64,000 nucleotides of DNA from Alphaproteobacteria bacterium (GTDB lineage Bacteria > Pseudomonadota > Alphaproteobacteria > UBA8317). Positions within the stretch are counted from its first letter, which is position 1, and the number at the start of each line of letters is the position of its first letter. The stretch covers positions 64,001-128,000 of the forward strand of contig JAYPQH010000018.1 of assembly GCA_038131935.1 (NCBI GenBank), given 5' to 3'. Position numbers and translations under genes: made by a program. Positions 32,364 through 43,682 of this stretch are shown in pieces. The notes below the pieces were generated by a model that made no database searches, was not told where the DNA came from, and saw nothing but the letters and a program-made list of their open reading frames with translations.

Positions 32364-35001
32364 ACACCTCTCGATTTATAAACATTGGTGAGCGCACCAA
32401 CGTGGCAGGATCTGCCAAATTCAAAAAGCTTATTTTGAATGGTGATTTTGCACTGGCAGTGGACGTGGCCCGCCAACAGGTTGAGGCAGGTGCACAAATT
32501 CTTGACATCAATATGGATGATGCCATGCTTGATGCAGAATACGCTATGTCAACATATTGTAACCTTTTGGCATCCGAGCCTGATATTTCACGGGTGCCCT
32601 TCATGATTGATTCATCCAAATGGTCTGTTATTGAAGCCGGCCTCAAGGTTGTGCAGGGCAAACCTGTGGTCAATTCAATATCGCTCAAAGAAGGTGAAGA
32701 TATCTTTTTAGAGCAAGCCCGTATCTTGCATCGGTTCGGCGCGGCGACGGTGGTCATGGGGTTTGATGAAACAGGCCAGGCAGAAACCGCGGATCACAAA
32801 TATGAAATCGCCCAACGGGCTTACCACCTTTTGGTAGGACAGGGTTTCAACCCATCTGATATTATTTTTGACCCCAACATTTTTGCTGTTGGAACGGGCA
32901 TTGAAGCGCATGATAACTATGCTGTCGACTTCTTCGATGCATGCCGATTGATCAAGGCTAACCTCCCCCATGCGCGGATTTCTGGAGGGGTATCAAATGT
33001 AAGCTTCTCCTTTAGAGGCAACAATGCGGTGCGCGAAGCTATCCATGCTGTTTTCCTATACCATGGGATCAAAGCAGGCTTGGATATGGCCATCGTCAAC
33101 GCTGGTGGTTTGCCCGTCTATGCTGATATTGATCCTGAATTACGAAATGGAATTGAAGACCTGTTGCTCAATAGACGCGAGGACGCCACCGAACGTATGC
33201 TTCAACTTGCTGAAGGACACCGTGGGGCGGGAGTCGGCACCAAAACAGCCGACCTAAGCTGGCGAGAGCAAGATGTTCGCGGCAGGCTTTCCCATGCGCT
33301 GGTCCATGGGCTCACAGATTTTATTGATGAGGATACCGAACAAGCAAGATGCGAAGCTGTACGCCCACTTGATGTCATTGAAGGCCCTTTAATGGATGGC
33401 ATGAATAAAGTTGGTGATCTTTTCGCTGAAGGAAAAATGTTCCTCCCACAAGTTGTCAAATCAGCCCGCGTGATGAAGCAAGCCGTCGCACATCTCCTGC
33501 CCTACATTGAAGCCGAAAAAAATGACCAAGAAATCGCAAAAGGCAAAGGCCGCATTTTGATGGCAACAGTAAAAGGGGATGTCCACGACATTGGCAAAAA
33601 TATTGTGGGTGTTGTTCTGCAATGTAATGATTTTGAAGTGATTGATCTCGGCGTGATGGTCCCACGGCAAAAATCATTGCAGCGGCCAAAGAACATAACG
33701 TTGACATGATTGGCCTATCAGGATTGATCACACCTTCGTTGGAAGAAATGGCCCATGTTGCCGCAGAAATGCAGCGTGAAGGAATGGAGATTCCATTGCT
33801 CATTGGCGGTGCCACGACAAGCAAAATTCACACGGCCTTAAAAATTGCACCAATGTATGACTTCCCTGTTGTGCATGTTACAGATGCCAGCCGAGCTGTG
33901 GGTGTATGTGCACAATTGGCATCAGCCCATGATCATGAGCGTTATGCCGCAGGAATCGCCGAGGAATATCAGGCCTTGAGAGAGGCAACCGAGCCAGGCT
34001 CATCACGGAAACTTGCGTCCTATGATGAGGCCTTGCGCAACAGATTGGCCCTCAACTGGGAGCAGTCTCCTCGACCAAAGCCATCATTCTATGGGGTACG
34101 TTGGTTTGACCATTACCCAGTGGCGGATTTGATAGATTATATTGACTGGAAGCCATTTTTTCAAACTTGGGAGCTTCATGGCAATTTTCCTGACATATTG
34201 ACCGACGAGAAAGTTGGAGAGGCAGCCTCAAGCCTGTATCAAGATGCCTGTGGCATGCTTAAAACCATTGCCCAAGAACAATGGTTTCGACCGCGCGCCG
34301 CTCTAGGGTTTTTCCCAGCCCATTCTGATGGTGAACATATTCACCTCACAAATCCTGACAATGGTCAGCCATTGGCCATGGTTCCATGCCTTCGCCAACA
34401 AATGAAACGGAACGGAAATCGTCCAAACCTATCTTTGGCTGATTTTGTCGCCCCTGAAGGCTACGGTGACAGCTTAGGTATGTTCGCCGTCACAACAGGA
34501 CCTCAAGTTGAAGAGCGAGCCCAAAAAGCACGTGCTGCTGGAGATGATTATCATGCCATCATGCTCCAAGCCCTCGGAGACCGGCTTGCTGAAGCACTTG
34601 CCGAAAAACTTCATGAGGATGTTCGAAAAGATCTATGGGGTTACAGCCCCAGTGAATCCTTTACCAACGAACAACTCATTCAAGAGGCCTATCAAGGCAT
34701 CAGGCCGGCACCGGGCTATCCTGCTTGTCCAGACCATGCAGGCAAGGAAATTATTTTCCACTTGTTGAAGGCAACAGATAGATTAGGAATGCAGCTAACA
34801 GAGTCATTGGCCATGACACCTGCCTCCTCTGTTTCAGGTTTGTACTTTGCCCATCCCCAAGCACGTTACTTTGGTGTGGGACGCCTTGGTGAAGATCAAA
34901 TAAAAGCTTACGCCGAAAAAACCGGTGAAGATGCCATGCACATCGCAGCGAGATTGCGTACGAGCTTGGCCTACGATATCCCCCGTCTTGCGCTATCATG
35001 A
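32360..35001 (+). CDS. metH: Methionine synthase pterin, cobalamin and reactivation modules (split metH, part 2; frameshift near 33662)
   Basis: [34 protein letters not shown]12 motif, [24 protein letters not shown]. One missing C restores VMVPTAKII. Confidence 0.94.
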
Positions 35002-36173
35002 AAGGATCCATCATGCAGGACCAACCTCATTATATGTTTACTTCCGAATCCGTATCCGAAGGACATCCCGATAAGATCGCTGATCAAATCTCGGATGCTG
35101 TTTTGGACCTTTTCTTAAGCCGAGACAAACTGGCACGTGTTGCGTGCGAAACCTTGGTGACAACCAACAGAGTTGTGCTCGCGGGCGAGGTTAAAACCCA
35201 CCCGGATGTGGTGATTAGGCCTGACGAGATCTCTGACGCAGCTATTGGTGTGGCAGAACGAATTGGCTATGACCAGCTTGGTTTTTCTTACCGCAACCTA
35301 GCCGTGGATAACCATCTTCATCGGCAATCAGAGGATATTTCTCAAGGCGTTGATAAAGATGGCGCTGGTGACCAAGGTATCATGTTTGGTTTTGCCTGCG
35401 ATGAAACAGAAGAACTGATGCCAGCGGCGATTCACTACGCACATCGCCTGCTTCACTCCTTGTCAGAAGCCCGCCATCAAGGAGATGCGTCCATTTTGGG
35501 TCCAGATGGTAAAAGCCAGCTAACCCTTGTTTATGAAAATGGCAAACCAGTTGGCTGCGATACCGTTTTGGTCTCCCATCAGCACAAAGCCGGCGTTGAG
35601 CAAGATGAGATACGGGAACTGGTTCGTCAGCATGCCCTCAAGGTGCTACCTGATGGATGGATGTGCCCAGAGGAAACATTCTTCATCAACCCCACAGGTA
35701 AGTTCGAAATTGGTGGCCCTCATGGCGATGCCGGTCTTACCGGACGAAAAATCATCGTGGATACCTACGGTGGGGCCGCTTGTCATGGTGGCGGTGCATT
35801 CTCTGGAAAAGATCCAACAAAAGTGGACCGCTCTGCAGCGTATGCAGCACGTTATTTGGCGAAAAATGTGGTTGCTGCACAATTGGCACGGCGCTGCACC
35901 ATCCAATTGTCCTATGCTATTGGCGTGGCCAAGCCTCTCTCCATTTTTGTTGATTTCCACGGCACAGGAGAAGTTGATCCAAGCCGAACAGGACAAATCT
36001 TGATGGACATGATGGACCTTTCGCCACGCGGTATCCGCGAAAAGTTAGACCTCAACCGTCCCATCTATCAGCAGACAGCTGCCTATGGTCACTTCGGCCG
36101 CAAGCCTGATGCAGATGGAAGCTTCACATGGGAATTGACCGATTTGGCTGACAGCCTACGTGGGCAATTCTAA
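34998..36173 (+). CDS. metK: S-adenosylmethionine synthetase
   Basis: [49 protein letters not shown]. Confidence 0.98.
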   Translation: MKGSIMQDQPHYMFTSESVSEGHPDKIADQISDAVLDLFLSRDKLARVACETLVTTNRVVLAGEVKTHPDVVIRPDEISDAAIGVAERIGYDQLGFSYRNLAVDNHLHRQSEDISQGVDKDGAGDQGIMFGFACDETEELMPAAIHYAHRLLHSLSEARHQGDASILGPDGKSQLTLVYENGKPVGCDTVLVSHQHKAGVEQDEIRELVRQHALKVLPDGWMCPEETFFINPTGKFEIGGPHGDAGLTGRKIIVDTYGGAACHGGGAFSGKDPTKVDRSAAYAARYLAKNVVAAQLARRCTIQLSYAIGVAKPLSIFVDFHGTGEVDPSRTGQILMDMMDLSPRGIREKLDLNRPIYQQTAAYGHFGRKPDADGSFTWELTDLADSLRGQF

Positions 36174-36692
36174 GAGGCCAATTCGTGGAGGGCTCTTTGA
36201 GCCCCTCCACGCCAATCCCAGCATAAAACCCTCATATACCCAACTTTTGTACCCAGCCATGTTGCTCTGAATATCCTCAAGTGGCTCATAATCATTCAGA
36301 TGGCGTGCCAACCCTTTTCCCATAGACTTGACCATTGCTTCACGGCGTACCCACTGCCGAAGCGCGGATGACTGAGCCGCGTCAGGGCTTAATATATGTA
36401 AGCCCACACGTTCTGAGTTTGGCCAAAAACGGGTGACAATACGCTCAATATTGATTTTTCTATCGACCCGCTCGATATCCACCCCAATGGATAATGTTTG
36501 TGAAATAGCAATGATTTCGTGATGGTCTGTGTGGGCGGCTGAAGCAAAATAACGCTGCTTGTGGCATAAGCAGAAAGGCTGTCCATGCTCATGATAGTGC
36601 CATGTTGCAGGCGCCCCCAACAGATGCCTTAAACCTGCCAAACGATCTTGCGTGCGTGCATAAGGCAACATAAAGCAGAATATCGTAATCAT
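36156..36692 (-). CDS. 4'-phosphopantetheinyl transferase (compact Sfp/AcpT-like)
   Basis: GQP..., [26 protein letters not shown]. Confidence 0.8.
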   Translation of the reverse strand: MITIFCFMLPYARTQDRLAGLRHLLGAPATWHYHEHGQPFCLCHKQRYFASAAHTDHHEIIAISQTLSIGVDIERVDRKINIERIVTRFWPNSERVGLHILSPDAAQSSALRQWVRREAMVKSMGKGLARHLNDYEPLEDIQSNMAGYKSWVYEGFMLGLAWRGSKSPPRIGLLELPT

Positions 36693-36710
36693 GTTCCAGG
36701 AGATTCAAAG

Positions 36711-37682
36711 ATGACATCAGACCACAGACCTACTTCACAAAATGTCCAAGAAGCCTATGGTCTTTTACGTCACCATGTCACTCAAACACCTATTATTGCG
36801 CACCCTACCTTCCAATCGGCGTCAGGGACAAGCCTGCGCATCAAGGCTGAATGTCTGCAGCAGACTGGGTCATTCAAATATCGCGGAGCGCGTTATGCGT
36901 GCATGAAAGCCGCCGAACAGGGTGCAACGTCCGTGTTGGCCTACTCTTCTGGCAACCATGCTCAAGGCATCGCACGTGCCGCTCGGCAACTCGGTATGAA
37001 GGCAACCATCATCATGCCTCATGATGCGCCTGCACTTAAAATGCAGCGTGTGCGGGACGATGGTGCAGAGTTGATAACCTACCAACGTGGCGTGGAATCC
37101 CGAGAGGATCTAGGCGCTGAGCATGCAAAAAAAACAGGCGCGGTGCTGATAAAACCTTATGACGAACCTCATGTCATCATGGGCCAAGGAAGTTTAGGCC
37201 TAGAACTCTGCCAACAGCTTGATGAACCTCATGATATCATCGTGTGTTGCGGCGGGGGTGGTTTGACCGCAGGTGTGGCCTTGGCATTGGATGGGTCTGG
37301 GCATCGACTCTGGCTTGCGGAGCCTGCGGGTTTTGATGACTGGAAACGTTCACTTGAGACACAAACGCGACAATCTAATGACAAAGAATATGGTTCTATC
37401 TGTGATGCTATCATGACCCCAACCCCTGGTGAGATCACCTTCGACATTGTTAAAACCAGGGCATCAGGTGGGTTTGCGGTATCAGAACAGGAAGTATGTG
37501 AAGCCATGCGTTTTGCCTGGCGTGAGGCCAAGATCACTGCCGAACCAGGCGGGGCTGTAGCACTTGCAGCCGCTTTGTTCCATATCAAAACCGATCGCCC
37601 AGTTTGTGCCGTTGTGACAGGTGGAAATGCCGTCCCTGAGCTTTTTGCCCAGATTATCTCAGGAACCTACATCCCGGCGTAA
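36711..37682 (+). CDS. PLP-dependent threonine/serine dehydratase (serine racemase-like)
   Basis: [48 protein letters not shown] before ATG 36711. Confidence 0.9.
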   Translation: MTSDHRPTSQNVQEAYGLLRHHVTQTPIIAHPTFQSASGTSLRIKAECLQQTGSFKYRGARYACMKAAEQGATSVLAYSSGNHAQGIARAARQLGMKATIIMPHDAPALKMQRVRDDGAELITYQRGVESREDLGAEHAKKTGAVLIKPYDEPHVIMGQGSLGLELCQQLDEPHDIIVCCGGGGLTAGVALALDGSGHRLWLAEPAGFDDWKRSLETQTRQSNDKEYGSICDAIMTPTPGEITFDIVKTRASGGFAVSEQEVCEAMRFAWREAKITAEPGGAVALAAALFHIKTDRPVCAVVTGGNAVPELFAQIISGTYIPA

Positions 37683-38135
37683 AAGCCTCTGTTTTTGCCG
37701 ATCCCAGTCCCGTTTCTTATCTGTCTCGCGCTTGTCATGGGCCTTTTTACCTTTTGCGATGCCCAAAAGGAGTTTGGCACGGCCGCGCTCATCAAAATAT
37801 ATTTTAAGCGGAACAAGGGTCATACCTTCACGGTTGACCACACCCCTTAAACGATCAATTTCCCGGCGGTGCAGAAGCAATTTCCTTTTTCGCCGGGGCT
37901 CATGATTATACCGATTGCCTTGCTCATATTCAGGAATATGAGCATTGATCAGCCACATCTCACCAGTCTCAGGGCTTGCATAGCTCTCTTGGATGTTGGC
38001 ACGACCATTACGCAAGCTTTTGACTTCTGTTCCTGTCAACATCAGGCCAGCTTCGACCGTATCCTCTACAGCATATTCATGCCGCGCCTTTCGGTTCTCG
38101 GCGACGACCTTCCCATGACCATCTGATTTGCTCAT
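37659..38135 (-). CDS. smpB: SsrA-binding protein
   Basis: [32 protein letters not shown]. Confidence 0.98.
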   Translation of the reverse strand: MSKSDGHGKVVAENRKARHEYAVEDTVEAGLMLTGTEVKSLRNGRANIQESYASPETGEMWLINAHIPEYEQGNRYNHEPRRKRKLLLHRREIDRLRGVVNREGMTLVPLKIYFDERGRAKLLLGIAKGKKAHDKRETDKKRDWDRQKQRLLRRDVGS

Positions 38136-38140
38136 TTGGA

Positions 38141-39028
38141 TTATGCACTGATCCCAGCATGATCGAGCGCAGCATCCACCTGGCGGGCTACATGCTCAGG
38201 AACCTTAACCAAGGGTAAGCGCAATTCCTCTCGGATCATGCCCATTTTCGCCAAGGCATATTTGGCAGGCGCAGGACTTGGATAGGCAAACAGGGCGTCA
38301 TGCAATGGCATCAACTTATCCTGTATCTCCAAGGCCTTTGCAAAATCACCCTTCAAACAGGCTTCTTGATATGCCGCACATAGGGCTGGAGCCACATTGG
38401 CCGTTACAGAAATCACACCATGCGCCCCCATGGCCATCGCACCCAAAGTCGTGGCATCTTCCCCGCTCAATTGGATAAAATCTTTACCACAGGCCAGGCG
38501 CTGCTGTGAAATTCGCTCCAACTTTGCAGTGGCATCTTTTACACCGACAATATTGGGGATTTCAGCTAAGCGTGCCATGGTATCGACGGACATATCGACA
38601 ATAGAACGTCCGGGGATATTGTAGATAAAAATGGGAAGTGATGTCGCTGCAGCAACTGCGGCAAAATGCGCATAAAGACCTTCTTGGGAAGGCTTGTTGT
38701 AATAAGGTGTTACCACCAAAGCTGCATCAGCCCCAACATTTTCTGCGTGACGCGCAAATCCAATAGCCTCAGCGGTGGCGTTTGAACCTGCCCCTGCCAT
38801 CACCGGAATACGCCCATTGGCTTTGGCCACTGTTACAGCAACCACTTGTTCATGCTCTTCATGGGTTAACGTTGGGGACTCTCCTGTGGTACCAACAGGA
38901 ACGAGTCCATGGGTTCCTTGATCGATGTGCCATTCGATCAAACGCTCAAGCGCTTCATAATCAACGGCGCCATCTTGAAAAGGTGTCACCAAGGCTACGC
39001 TAGAACCGTGAAAGGTCGTGTCAGACAT
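38141..39028 (-). CDS. dapA: 4-hydroxy-tetrahydrodipicolinate synthase
   Basis: [34 protein letters not shown]. Confidence 0.96.
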   Translation of the reverse strand: MSDTTFHGSSVALVTPFQDGAVDYEALERLIEWHIDQGTHGLVPVGTTGESPTLTHEEHEQVVAVTVAKANGRIPVMAGAGSNATAEAIGFARHAENVGADAALVVTPYYNKPSQEGLYAHFAAVAAATSLPIFIYNIPGRSIVDMSVDTMARLAEIPNIVGVKDATAKLERISQQRLACGKDFIQLSGEDATTLGAMAMGAHGVISVTANVAPALCAAYQEACLKGDFAKALEIQDKLMPLHDALFAYPSPAPAKYALAKMGMIREELRLPLVKVPEHVARQVDAALDHAGISA

Positions 39029-39107
39029 GCCAAATTTCTTTCATTCACAATGTTTCAATTATCGCCATTGTAAAACGGCCCGCCTTGGGGGGCAAGCGAA
39101 GTTGTGG

Positions 39108-40952
39108 ATGAAAGCGATGCTTTTGCAAATTGGCATCATTTTAAGTTCAAGCTGTTTTTTTACGGCATTTGCTGCGGCTACCGATGTCAAGGCTTGTCGT
39201 GATATTGACCATCACGAGCCAGCCATACAGCTCGCCGCACAACATCTCTGTATAAAGTCAGACGCGTCTGATCAAACGCGGCTGAAGGCATGGCGTAGCT
39301 TATGGGCCAAACATCCAGACTATCCAATGCGCAGGGCTTTAGACAGAGATATGGAAAAATTCTCGCGCAATATGCAACCCCTGAAGAGCTAAAGGCTGTA
39401 TTTACAGGCATGGAGCCTCAGACAGAAGAAAGCCTTATGGCCCTTATGAGGTCATATCTGGGCCAAAACCACTGAGCGGGCAGCGATGGCCTTACGAACA
39501 TATTGGCGTGGCGGGCATGAGCTCGACCAAAAGACATTTCAAACATGGGTTCAAAAAACAGGCGCACGCATCTGGCGCGAAGATCATTTGCACAGGTTTC
39601 GCAAACTTGCTGCCAAACGCGCCTATGCCCAAGCAAAATCTTTGATACCTCTTTTGGAAAAATCCTGTCGCAAAGATGCCCTTGCGTATCTTGAATGCCG
39701 CTCAGGGAAAGGATCCTGCGCCCCACGAAACAAGGTCTGTCTTCGTGCTGATTTTGTTCTCCAACAAGCCTATGTATTTGACAAACAGAATGATTTTTCA
39801 AGCCTGGCTGCCCTGTTGTTGCTGGAGCAAAAATCATTACCAGGGAGTTGGAGCCCAAATCATGGCTCAGTCCCCCTTATTCTGGCTCGAAGCCTCATAG
39901 AAGCCAAAAAAACCGATGCAGCTCTTGCCTTCACCGCTGCAGGTGCACGCTATCGCCATGATGATCCAGAAGCGATCTGGCTTTATGGATATACACTTCT
40001 TCGCCTTGCCCAAAAACCTCAAAAAGCCGCTGAAATCTTCAGCTTTTTCACAAGCAAAGTCTCATCGCCTATCTCTCGTGCCCGCGGGTATTATTGGGCT
40101 GCTTTGGCATATGAAAAGGCTTCACAATCACGTCAAGCCAATGACATTCTCCAAAAATGCGCTCAAGAATGGTCAACATTTTATGGTCAAGAATGTGGCC
40201 GGAAATTGGGTCTTCGCTCGCTTCCAATTACTGATGACCGCCGTCATGCTTCTTCACCTCCTCAACTTCCTTTTCTGGAGACCGCGACCATCTTACATGA
40301 TCGTTTTGATGCCTCCACCGAAGCCCTAAGCCTATTGGCCGCACTCACCCGCACGGCTACTGCAGAGGATATGGATCAGCTGGTGGAGCGTGCATTTGAT
40401 GCAGGCGGGATTCTCTATCATGTTGTAACAGGCCGCAGGCTTGCCTTCCGCAATTTGGTGTCTCGCCCTCTCTCCTTTCCGCGCCCCGAACTCCCACTTT
40501 CAAACATTCTTCCACCCGCTTTGACTTATGGAATCATCCGTCAAGAAAGCTCCTTCCAAGAAGACGCACGCTCGCGTGCGAATGCCCTTGGCTTGATGCA
40601 AATCATCCCCAGCACGGGGAAACAATATGTTGCCAACCGCTCACGGCTGCTCAATCCAAAGACAAATATTCAGGTGGGGTCGCGCTATATGCAAGATCTT
40701 TTAGAGCGCTATGATCAAAACCTTATTCTTGCCATGGCTGCCTATAATGCAGGGCCTTCAACTGTTGATCAATGGATTGAACGGTTTGGATCAGGCAACA
40801 AAGATGACATGATCGATTGGATAGAAATGATCCCCTATGGAGAGACACGTGGATATGTTCAGCGTATTCCCGCTGGTGCGCGGATTTATCTTGATGGGGA
40901 GAATGATGAAGTGTCCCTTGTATCTGTCAACGAACTTATTCATGCCCGTTGA
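39108..40952 (+). CDS. Soluble lytic murein transglycosylase (Slt70-like; two indels near 39358 and 39465)
   Basis: Signal peptide, SPISRARGYYW, FYGQ, IRQESSF, ALGLMQI, AAYNAGP, IPYGETRGYV. Divergent from dapA. Confidence 0.88.
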
Positions 40953-41785
40953 TGTTGAAAAAATTTGAGCAGTTCTTTTCCCTCGCACTGAGGGTCCAAA
41001 TAGGGCGCATGGCCAGCACCAGCCACCCTCAAAAGTTTTGCTTGAGGCTGCAAAGCCATCATTGAAGCGCAAATATCATTGGTCAGAAGCAAAGAGTCAG
41101 CACCCTGAACCACCAAAAGAGGCATATCAAGTTGAGCAAAATGAGACCAAAGCTCTGCCATGTCTTCAGGATGTGCGACCGCGGCGGCCACAACTTCAGG
41201 ATCATGCTGAAAGCCATATTTGCCATCATCATCGCGGCGAATGCTATGATGAAGAAATTCAGCCCAACGTCTCTCGTCTTGAATGCCAAAGGGTGCATAA
41301 AGCTGCTTGATCATTGCAAAAAACTCAGAGGCTTTGGCAAAGCGCATGGGTTGTGATGCATATTGAACGATGGCCGCAGCAACATCAGGTGGGACTTCTG
41401 GGCCTATATCATTGAGACATAGTGATAATATCCGACCTTTCAGCATATGCTGACTTCCATAAAGTGCAATCAATCCACCTAGTGAAGTCCCCAACCAATG
41501 GACAGCATCAATATTGAGTTCATCCAATACCCAAGCTATCTGCTGGCTATATGTTCCCAACCGGTAGCCCTCTTTGGGATCAGATGACCAACTGGACAAA
41601 CCTCTTCCTGGTAAATCAGGCAAAATCAATTGGAATTTCTCACCCAATACTGGCTCGAGGTGATCAAAGTCATGCCCAGTGCGTGTGAGTCCATGGAGAC
41701 ATAACAAAGCAGGGGCATCCGGTTTCCCCATCACCCGCACATGGATTTCTGTATCACCGAAACTCAAAAAATGTTGGGCAAACAT
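40940..41785 (-). CDS. Alpha/beta fold hydrolase
   Basis: LHGLTR, DLPGRGLS, GTSLGG nucleophile elbow, NDIGP, GHAP. Confidence 0.9.
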   Translation of the reverse strand: MFAQHFLSFGDTEIHVRVMGKPDAPALLCLHGLTRTGHDFDHLEPVLGEKFQLILPDLPGRGLSSWSSDPKEGYRLGTYSQQIAWVLDELNIDAVHWLGTSLGGLIALYGSQHMLKGRILSLCLNDIGPEVPPDVAAAIVQYASQPMRFAKASEFFAMIKQLYAPFGIQDERRWAEFLHHSIRRDDDGKYGFQHDPEVVAAAVAHPEDMAELWSHFAQLDMPLLVVQGADSLLLTNDICASMMALQPQAKLLRVAGAGHAPYLDPQCEGKELLKFFQHQRA

Positions 41786-41805
41786 TTACAAAGGTCCCTT
41801 TTCCA

Positions 41806-43533
41806 TCATGTTGAGAAATGTTGGGGGTCAAGCGTCACCATCGCTTCATGCTGTGACAGAAAAATCTCACCACTAAGAGCATGCAAGAAAAAAGATCGTT
41901 GCAACCGATCCATCACGGGGCCCTTTACTTCGGACAAATGAAGGCGCACGCCCGCATCTTCAAGGCGATGATTAAGTTCTTCGAGACCCTCCAATGCAGA
42001 AAAGTCGATAAAATTAACCGCCGAACACATCAAAACAACATCCCGCACATCCTTGTTTTCTGCGACCTCCATCAGCACCAAATCTTCAAGTTTTCTGATG
42101 TTGGCAAAAAACAAATTTTCATCCAACCGTAACGCAAAAACATGCGCAGACGTATGCACATGATGACGTTTTACGTTACGGTAATGTTGGGTTCCAGGAA
42201 CACGCCCCACCACAGCAGCATGGGGCTGTGAAAGCCTGTAAAGAACGAATACAAGCCCAAGACCAACACCTGCCACAATTCCCAACTCAACCCCGACAGA
42301 TAAGGTCACCAGCATTGTTGACAATTGCGCAAAAAAATCTGCTTTGGAGTAAGACCAAGCCTGCCAAAGTGATTTAAAATTCACCAACGACAATACCGCC
42401 ACCATGATTGTTGCAGCCAATGTCGCCTTGGGCAGATAGAACAGAAAAGGCGTCAGGTACCAAGTAGCAAGACCAATCCCAAACGCTGTGAAAATGCCCG
42501 CGGCTGGGGTAGCTGCACCCGCGTCAAAATTCACCACAGAACGGGCAAATCCTCCTGTGACAGGATAGCCTCCACTCAACCCAGAGGCAATATTGGCTGC
42601 TCCTAAACCTAGCAATTCTTGATCTGGATCAATATGTTGGCGTTTTTTGGCAGCCAATGTTTGCGCCACAGAAACAGATTCAACAAAACCTACCAAAGAT
42701 ATCAGCAAGGCAGGTAGCAAAAGGGCTGATAACATCTCAGAGCTGGGAAGCTGCAAACCCAAGGAAGGCAAGCCTTGCGGGATAGACCCCACGATGGCCA
42801 CTCCCTTTTGATCCAACCCCCCAAATGCTGTGAGCATGATGGTCACCGCGACTGCAGCCACAGGCCCAGCTTTTACCACGATATCAGCAATTTTTGGCGG
42901 CACACCCCATTGAAGCAGTAATGGCTTACATTTTTGCCGCATGAACAACAAAAAGCCCAACGTACCAAAGCCAATAAAAAATGTGATAAGATTGATCTCA
43001 TCCAAACGTGTGAACAGTTCAACCAACAAACTTGGCACATGATGGCCTGATGCAGAGATGCCGAGGAGATGCTTAAGTTGTGAGGCAGCAATCAGAAGCC
43101 CTGATGCAGAAATAAACCCCGAAATCACAGGATGTGATAAAAAATTTGCCAAAAAACCAAGACGAAGAATACCCATGGCGCACAACATCAAACCCGAAAG
43201 ACATGCCAACCCCACGGCGAGCAAAATTTTTGTGTCAGGGTCATCGACCCCTAAATTGCCAATCGCGGCTGCTGTCATGAGGGAGACAACCGCCACTGGC
43301 CCCACCGCTAAAGATGACGACGTACCCAGCAATCCATAGGCAACAAGAGGCAAAATGGATGCATAAAGACCAACTTCTGCAGGAAGGCCTGCCAATAACG
43401 CATAAGCCAAAGATTGTGGGATCAACATGATGGTCACAATCAAGGCCGCGAATAGGTCATCACCAAAGTGATGTGCGTTATACTGTCGTCCCCAAGTCAA
43501 TGGGGGAAAAAATTTGTGCCAATCAGCTGCCAT
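41806..43533 (-). CDS. SulP (SLC26) anion permease with STAS domain
   Basis: LIPQSLAYALLAGLP, GPVAVVSL, NFLSHPVISGF, TGGFARS, C-terminal STAS domain (FIDFSAL). Confidence 0.94.
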   Translation of the reverse strand: MAADWHKFFPPLTWGRQYNAHHFGDDLFAALIVTIMLIPQSLAYALLAGLPAEVGLYASILPLVAYGLLGTSSSLAVGPVAVVSLMTAAAIGNLGVDDPDTKILLAVGLACLSGLMLCAMGILRLGFLANFLSHPVISGFISASGLLIAASQLKHLLGISASGHHVPSLLVELFTRLDEINLITFFIGFGTLGFLLFMRQKCKPLLLQWGVPPKIADIVVKAGPVAAVAVTIMLTAFGGLDQKGVAIVGSIPQGLPSLGLQLPSSEMLSALLLPALLISLVGFVESVSVAQTLAAKKRQHIDPDQELLGLGAANIASGLSGGYPVTGGFARSVVNFDAGAATPAAGIFTAFGIGLATWYLTPFLFYLPKATLAATIMVAVLSLVNFKSLWQAWSYSKADFFAQLSTMLVTLSVGVELGIVAGVGLGLVFVLYRLSQPHAAVVGRVPGTQHYRNVKRHHVHTSAHVFALRLDENLFFANIRKLEDLVLMEVAENKDVRDVVLMCSAVNFIDFSALEGLEELNHRLEDAGVRLHLSEVKGPVMDRLQRSFFLHALSGEIFLSQHEAMVTLDPQHFST

Positions 43534-43682
43534 GTTTGCCTCCTTACATGCGCAAAGTGCTTGACCTCAGCAAGCAGGCTGTGACAGCCCTGGGGTAAGT
43601 TGTCTCTAACCTACATCAACAATTTGAGGATGTGATCATCATGTTTGAGCATATGCCAAGATTTTTTATAAGCCCCCAGAAA

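Noticed and set aside
22460-33710. Programmed frameshifting or phase variation in dctM, sahR, metF and metH
   Set aside because: Runs are short, no stimulatory structures are evident, and the same defect affects unrelated essential genes.
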